64,000 bases of DNA, from contig CAWGAA010000001.1 in the NCBI GenBank assembly GCA_963820525.1, forward strand, positions 640,001 through 704,000. Direction: 5' to 3'. The notes under the pieces were generated by a model, which worked only from the letters and a program-made list of their open reading frames with translations, had not been told where the DNA came from and ran no database searches. Below are positions 60,280 through 64,000 of this stretch, in pieces. A program made the position numbers and the translations under genes. Each line of letters begins with the position of its first letter. The stretch's first letter is position 1. The DNA comes from an uncultured Spirochaetota bacterium (GTDB lineage: Bacteria > Spirochaetota > Spirochaetia > SZUA-6 > Fen-1364).

Positions 60280-60612
60280 ATGCAATATGAAGTCGTATTG
60301 TTGGAGCCTGCAACGGACTTCCTACGCAACCTCGAGGGGAAGCTGCAAGCAAAAGCGTTCCGATCAATCGAACTTCTAGGGCATTTTGGAACACAATTGA
60401 TCATGCCGCACTCCAAAAAGCTCAGCGGATACGATCTGTGGGAATTGCGGGTTCGACATGCAGGCATGATCTGCCGACTATTCTATTTCCACGATCGGGA
60501 TAGGATCTTTGTTGTGACTTCTGGATATGTTAAGAAGAGTGACAGGACTAATCCAAAGGAGATAAAGAGGGCACTCCGGCTTAAGATGGAGCACCTTGGA
60601 GGGACCACATAA
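60280..60612 (+). CDS. Cassette 28: RelE/ParE (HigB/Gp49-like) toxin
   Basis: MPHSKKL..LWELRV...RLFYF..GYVKKS.RTNPKEIKRA. Confidence 0.88.
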   Translation: MQYEVVLLEPATDFLRNLEGKLQAKAFRSIELLGHFGTQLIMPHSKKLSGYDLWELRVRHAGMICRLFYFHDRDRIFVVTSGYVKKSDRTNPKEIKRALRLKMEHLGGTT

Positions 60613-60905
60613 TGAAGCAGACTCGATATGAGGATTTGCTCAACCGTCAATTGAAGAACCCTCAGTTCCGGAAAGAATATGAAGCGTTAGAGGGTGAGTT
60701 CACCCTGGCAAAAGAAATAATCGCACTTCGTATCAAGAATAGACTTACGCAGAAACAACTCGCACAGCAAATCGGAACCTCCCAGCCCGCCATTGCTCGG
60801 ATTGAATCTGGTAGCTACCGGAATGTCTCGCTCTCATTTCTTAGGCGGATCGCAGATGCACTTGGAGCCGTGCCGGAAATACATCTGAAAAAGAAAGGTG
60901 CATGA
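60612..60905 (+). CDS. Cassette 28: XRE-family HTH antitoxin (HigA-like)
   Basis: LTQKQLAQQIGTSQPAIARIESG; TAATG coupling. Confidence 0.88.
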   Translation: MKQTRYEDLLNRQLKNPQFRKEYEALEGEFTLAKEIIALRIKNRLTQKQLAQQIGTSQPAIARIESGSYRNVSLSFLRRIADALGAVPEIHLKKKGA

Positions 60906-61167
60906 GCGCTATTACAACCGTGAGCTGAATAGCTTTCCACGCCCTCGCCATCCCTGGCTCGGGCGCATGTCCTGATAGATAGCGGAAGCGCTGACAATTT
61001 GTAGACGATCCATATTGGAGTCGTCATAACATGCTGTTGGAGTTGACCGCCTAGGCTATGCGTCGCTTAGCTATAGCTACGCTCATTGAAGCCTTTGTAC
61101 TTGGATGATTCGGGGCGGCAACTCAACAGCGTCGTTATGCCGTCTTGAGATTGATGGAGGTGTCAAA

Positions 61168-62013
61168 GTGAGTGAGTACTTCCTGCAAGTTGAATACTGG
61201 CCTCAAAAGCTGCCGAATGCGCATCGAGAGCTACTGAAAGGAATCATCAGGAACATTTCTACACGTTCAGATCTACTAGGACTGGCCATCGGTGGTTCCT
61301 TCATATCCGGAGAAATGGACGAGTATTCAGACCTGGACCTAAAGGTTGTTGCGAACGCAAAGGAATGGCAAGCGGTAAACGAAGCTCGGAAGCAGATAGC
61401 CGCGTCCGTCGGCCCCTTGCTCGCTACATTCACGGCGGAGCATATTGGCGTTCCACAGATGCTCATATGCCTGTATGGCGAGCTTCCCATACATGTAGAT
61501 CTGGACTTCATGGTTCCTGAGCAATTTGCTTCAAGGCCGGAGGATCCGGTGATACTGTGGGATCGCAACGGGATGTTGCATGCCGTATTGTCCCACAGCA
61601 AACCATACTCAACGTCGGTGGACTGGCAGTGGATCGAAGATAGGTTTTGGACTTGGATACACTACGTAGCAACAAGAGTCGCACGGGGAGAATTGTTTGA
61701 AACGATTCGATTCCTGTCACTTATAGGAGAGAAAGTACTGGGGCCGATAGCTGTCGAGATCTCAGGTGGCAAGTCACACGGGCTACGTCGTTTTGAGCAG
61801 ATTGCAGGCAAATACCTGGACCCAATACGATCAACAGTCGTCTCCTACAATAGGGATGAGATGGTTCAAGCGCTTTTCAACGTGGTGGATATCTACAGGT
61901 CCTTTCGGAAGAACCATGCACCAGGTACCCTGAGAATGAACGAGAAAGCGGAAGAAGTAGTCATTCTCTATCTTGAGAACATATCAAGGCAAGTCGCTAC
62001 AGAGACGGCATAA
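61168..62013 (+). CDS. Cassette 29: nucleotidyltransferase-domain protein (lincosamide/aminoglycoside NTase-like fold)
   Basis: GGS...DEYSDLD, HVDL, RGELFE; GGAGGT RBS before GTG; stop lies within the attC R'' box. Confidence 0.75.
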   Translation: MSEYFLQVEYWPQKLPNAHRELLKGIIRNISTRSDLLGLAIGGSFISGEMDEYSDLDLKVVANAKEWQAVNEARKQIAASVGPLLATFTAEHIGVPQMLICLYGELPIHVDLDFMVPEQFASRPEDPVILWDRNGMLHAVLSHSKPYSTSVDWQWIEDRFWTWIHYVATRVARGELFETIRFLSLIGEKVLGPIAVEISGGKSHGLRRFEQIAGKYLDPIRSTVVSYNRDEMVQALFNVVDIYRSFRKNHAPGTLRMNEKAEEVVILYLENISRQVATETA

Positions 62014-62309
62014 CATGCTGTTGAACTTGACGCCTTAACCTTAGGGCAGCCATCGCTGCCTGTGTTCGTAGAACATAATTGCGATGGGCTTCGTGTCGGC
62101 GGCGCAAGTTAACAGCGTCGTTATCTCCCCCAAGGGAGCATTCAAGTGCGATTGTCAAGACCTCGCACAATTAGCGATTTCGGCATCTTGCACCTGTCGA
62201 CAGGCTGACCAGTCTGCAGATTGGCGATTTTAATTTGCCTATGTTCTTACTGACCCAAATCGATTGAAGTACGCTTAGGCATTGCACCTTAGCGTTCAGG
62301 GAGAATCCG

Positions 62310-62838
62310 ATGAAGTTTGATCTGACCCTAAACTGGCAGTCCGTGTTGACCCTTGCCGCCTTGCTTTCATCATGGACAATTCCCCTTTTGCTCGACTTTC
62401 TTCGGAGACGAAGGCAGTCGGATATTGTCCGCAAGAGTATCTCTTTATATCTTGATTCACTCGAGATCAAAGCTAGGCTTTGGCTGCGCTTCTATTTTGA
62501 CGGGGACGTAAAACTTCCCAAAGGAAGGAGATCGTTTGAATACACAAACAAGCAAAATCACGACGCGTTGGAGTGACCTGTTCCGTTCAAGTGATCTCGG
62601 CAACTTGGAGAAGGAGGAGTTGCTGAAATTCGTCCAGTACTTTAAGGCCTCACAGGAAATGAGGTCCCAGGAAGACTTCAAAAAATACGTTTCCCGGATA
62701 GGTGACGAATCGCTTAGGCAAGTGTTTCCGCAGGGCCCCCACTTTCAGAATATACTAAGGACTACCGCCAAGGCAATGTCTGCTTCTCATAGGTTGGCCG
62801 CTCGACAAGCCGGGGCCACAGTTCCTCGTCGCAGGTAG
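62310..62838 (+). pseudogene. Cassette 30: hypothetical membrane-anchored protein, probable frameshift near 62574
   Basis: Two overlapping ORFs (..NHDALE* and DLFRSSDLGNL..) that join with a single-base shift. Confidence 0.55.
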
Positions 62839-63123
62839 CGCATTCATAGATGCCGCGATTCTATCGATCATCGTGGGTCAATTACGAAATGCGGGAGATA
62901 ACATGCTGTTGGAGTTGACCGCCTAGGCTATGCTTCGTAACCAATAGCTACGCGCATTAAAGCATTTGTACTTGGATGATTCGGGGCGGCAACTCAACAG
63001 CGTCGTTATGTCTCTCTATTTTTGGATAACGGGCGCTGTAAGGTATACTCACTGGCAGCATCCCAGATTACCACTTGCAGAACATCAGTCGTGGTGGTAA
63101 GTTTATATTGAAAGGAGAGATCT

Positions 63124-63978
63124 GTGAGATTCAACATCGTTAGTCTATCAATCATTCTATCAATCTTTGCAACATCCACATGGGCACAGACCAACGTTGA
63201 GACTTATGGGGTCACCTATAGGACAATAGATGGCAAAGAGCTTCAAATGGATATTCAGAGGCCTCAACCTGTGGGTGTTCCGAAACCAGTAATCGTATTT
63301 CTTTGCGGTAACGGCTGGGGATATGAGAGGACTATAAACCGCGAATCATTCTGGTATGCTCTGGACCTTGCTAATGAACATGGATATGTCGCAGTCACCG
63401 TAGACTACAGCTCATCAGCGCAGAACTCCAACGGCAGGCCAATTGGAACTTTTCCGTCCCAAATCTATGACGTTAAAAGTGCTATACGCTTTCTGAAGGC
63501 AAATGCAAAGCAGTACGATATCGATCCAACTCGGATTGGAGTCATTGGCTTCTCATCAGGAGGAAACTTGGCGCTGCTACTCGCGCTTACGCTTCCGGCA
63601 GATGGACTCGAGGGGCATGACGACTATCTCCAGTATTCCAGCTCAGTGCAAGCCGTTGTCAATCTTTCGGGGGCAACAGATCTAGTTAGTTGGAATAAAG
63701 AGCCATTTGTCAGTGCATATTTGGGAGGCTCTCTTCAGGCAAAGCCAGAACAATACAAGAGAGCTAGTCCCATCAACTATGTGAAGCCAGGCATGGCGCC
63801 GGTCTTAACCATCCATGGGGAAAAGGATATGATTGTCTCCCCCGATCAGGCACGGATGCTTGACGCGCGAATGAAAGAAGTGGGCGCGTCTCACACTTTG
63901 ATTATTAAAAGTGACTTAGGTCATAATGATGAGATTGATCAGAATGTATGGGATTTCTTGGAGAAAGCTCTAAAATAA
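63124..63978 (+). CDS. Cassette 31: secreted alpha/beta hydrolase (HSL-like esterase)
   Basis: Signal peptide, FPSQIYDVKSAIRFL, GFSSGG, IHGEKD, GH; AAGGAG RBS. Confidence 0.88.
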   Translation: MRFNIVSLSIILSIFATSTWAQTNVETYGVTYRTIDGKELQMDIQRPQPVGVPKPVIVFLCGNGWGYERTINRESFWYALDLANEHGYVAVTVDYSSSAQNSNGRPIGTFPSQIYDVKSAIRFLKANAKQYDIDPTRIGVIGFSSGGNLALLLALTLPADGLEGHDDYLQYSSSVQAVVNLSGATDLVSWNKEPFVSAYLGGSLQAKPEQYKRASPINYVKPGMAPVLTIHGEKDMIVSPDQARMLDARMKEVGASHTLIIKSDLGHNDEIDQNVWDFLEKALK

Positions 63979-64000
63979 CTTATCGGCGTAAAAGGACGAA

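Larger units (their letters stand above)
43764..63011 (+). repeat. 30 attC recombination sites (113-119 bp)
   Basis: NNNTAAC...GTTANNN imperfect palindromes at 43764-43878, 44480-44593, 44869-44984, 45263-45376, 45654-45767, 46043-46158, 46436-46550, 46828-46941, 47657-47769, 48048-48162, 48869-48981, 49306-49420, 50143-50257, 50535-50649, 50928-51041, 51320-51434, 52204-52321, 52628-52743, 53469-53585, 53863-53976, 54257-54371, 54682-54798, 55531-55645, 55955-56071, 56378-56494, 59122-59234, 59976-60089, 61024-61140, 62008-62126, 62896-63011. Confidence 0.92.
43478..64000 (+). mobile_element. Chromosomal integron cassette array: 31 cassettes (13 with genes, 18 gene-less), open at window end
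   Basis: intI + attI + 30 co-oriented attC sites; all cassette genes on + strand. Confidence 0.95.

Overview
Three zones. (1) 1-4.6 kb: a stack of insertion sequences. An IS1634 interrupts an IS1182 transposase, and a second, complete IS1182 sits in the first one's CTAG target site. (2) 4.6-41.7 kb: GC-rich chromosomal backbone of what is probably a Spirochaetota bacterium (inferred from the cheW/DegT-like/nadK/recN cluster and a GGQKE-type substrate-binding protein). It carries cdd, pcm, usp, a MoxR/DUF58 operon, ppc, tkt, alkA, comA-like and prpD-like genes, plus a candidate ~100-nt sRNA with an anti-Shine-Dalgarno loop. (3) 42.1-64 kb: an AT-rich chromosomal integron with a long (411 aa) IntI, an attI crossover at 43477/43478, 30 attC sites of 113-119 bp and 31 cassettes, the last running off the window. 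Only 13 cassettes carry ordinary genes (3 type II TA pairs, GNAT, nuclease-like proteins, a nucleotidyltransferase, hydrolases). The other 18 have no conventional gene and fall into two families: A (13 copies) and B (5 copies). Both have an AT-rich leader followed by a 140-160 nt domain closed by a conserved long-range helix just before attC. Variants between copies tend to preserve top-strand base pairing, and family A also hides a 45-49 codon hydrophobic ORF whose start is buried in that helix. This integron-borne library of structured-RNA (or small toxin-like) cassettes is the best candidate for an undescribed system. All alignments and folds were done by eye and need computational confirmation.
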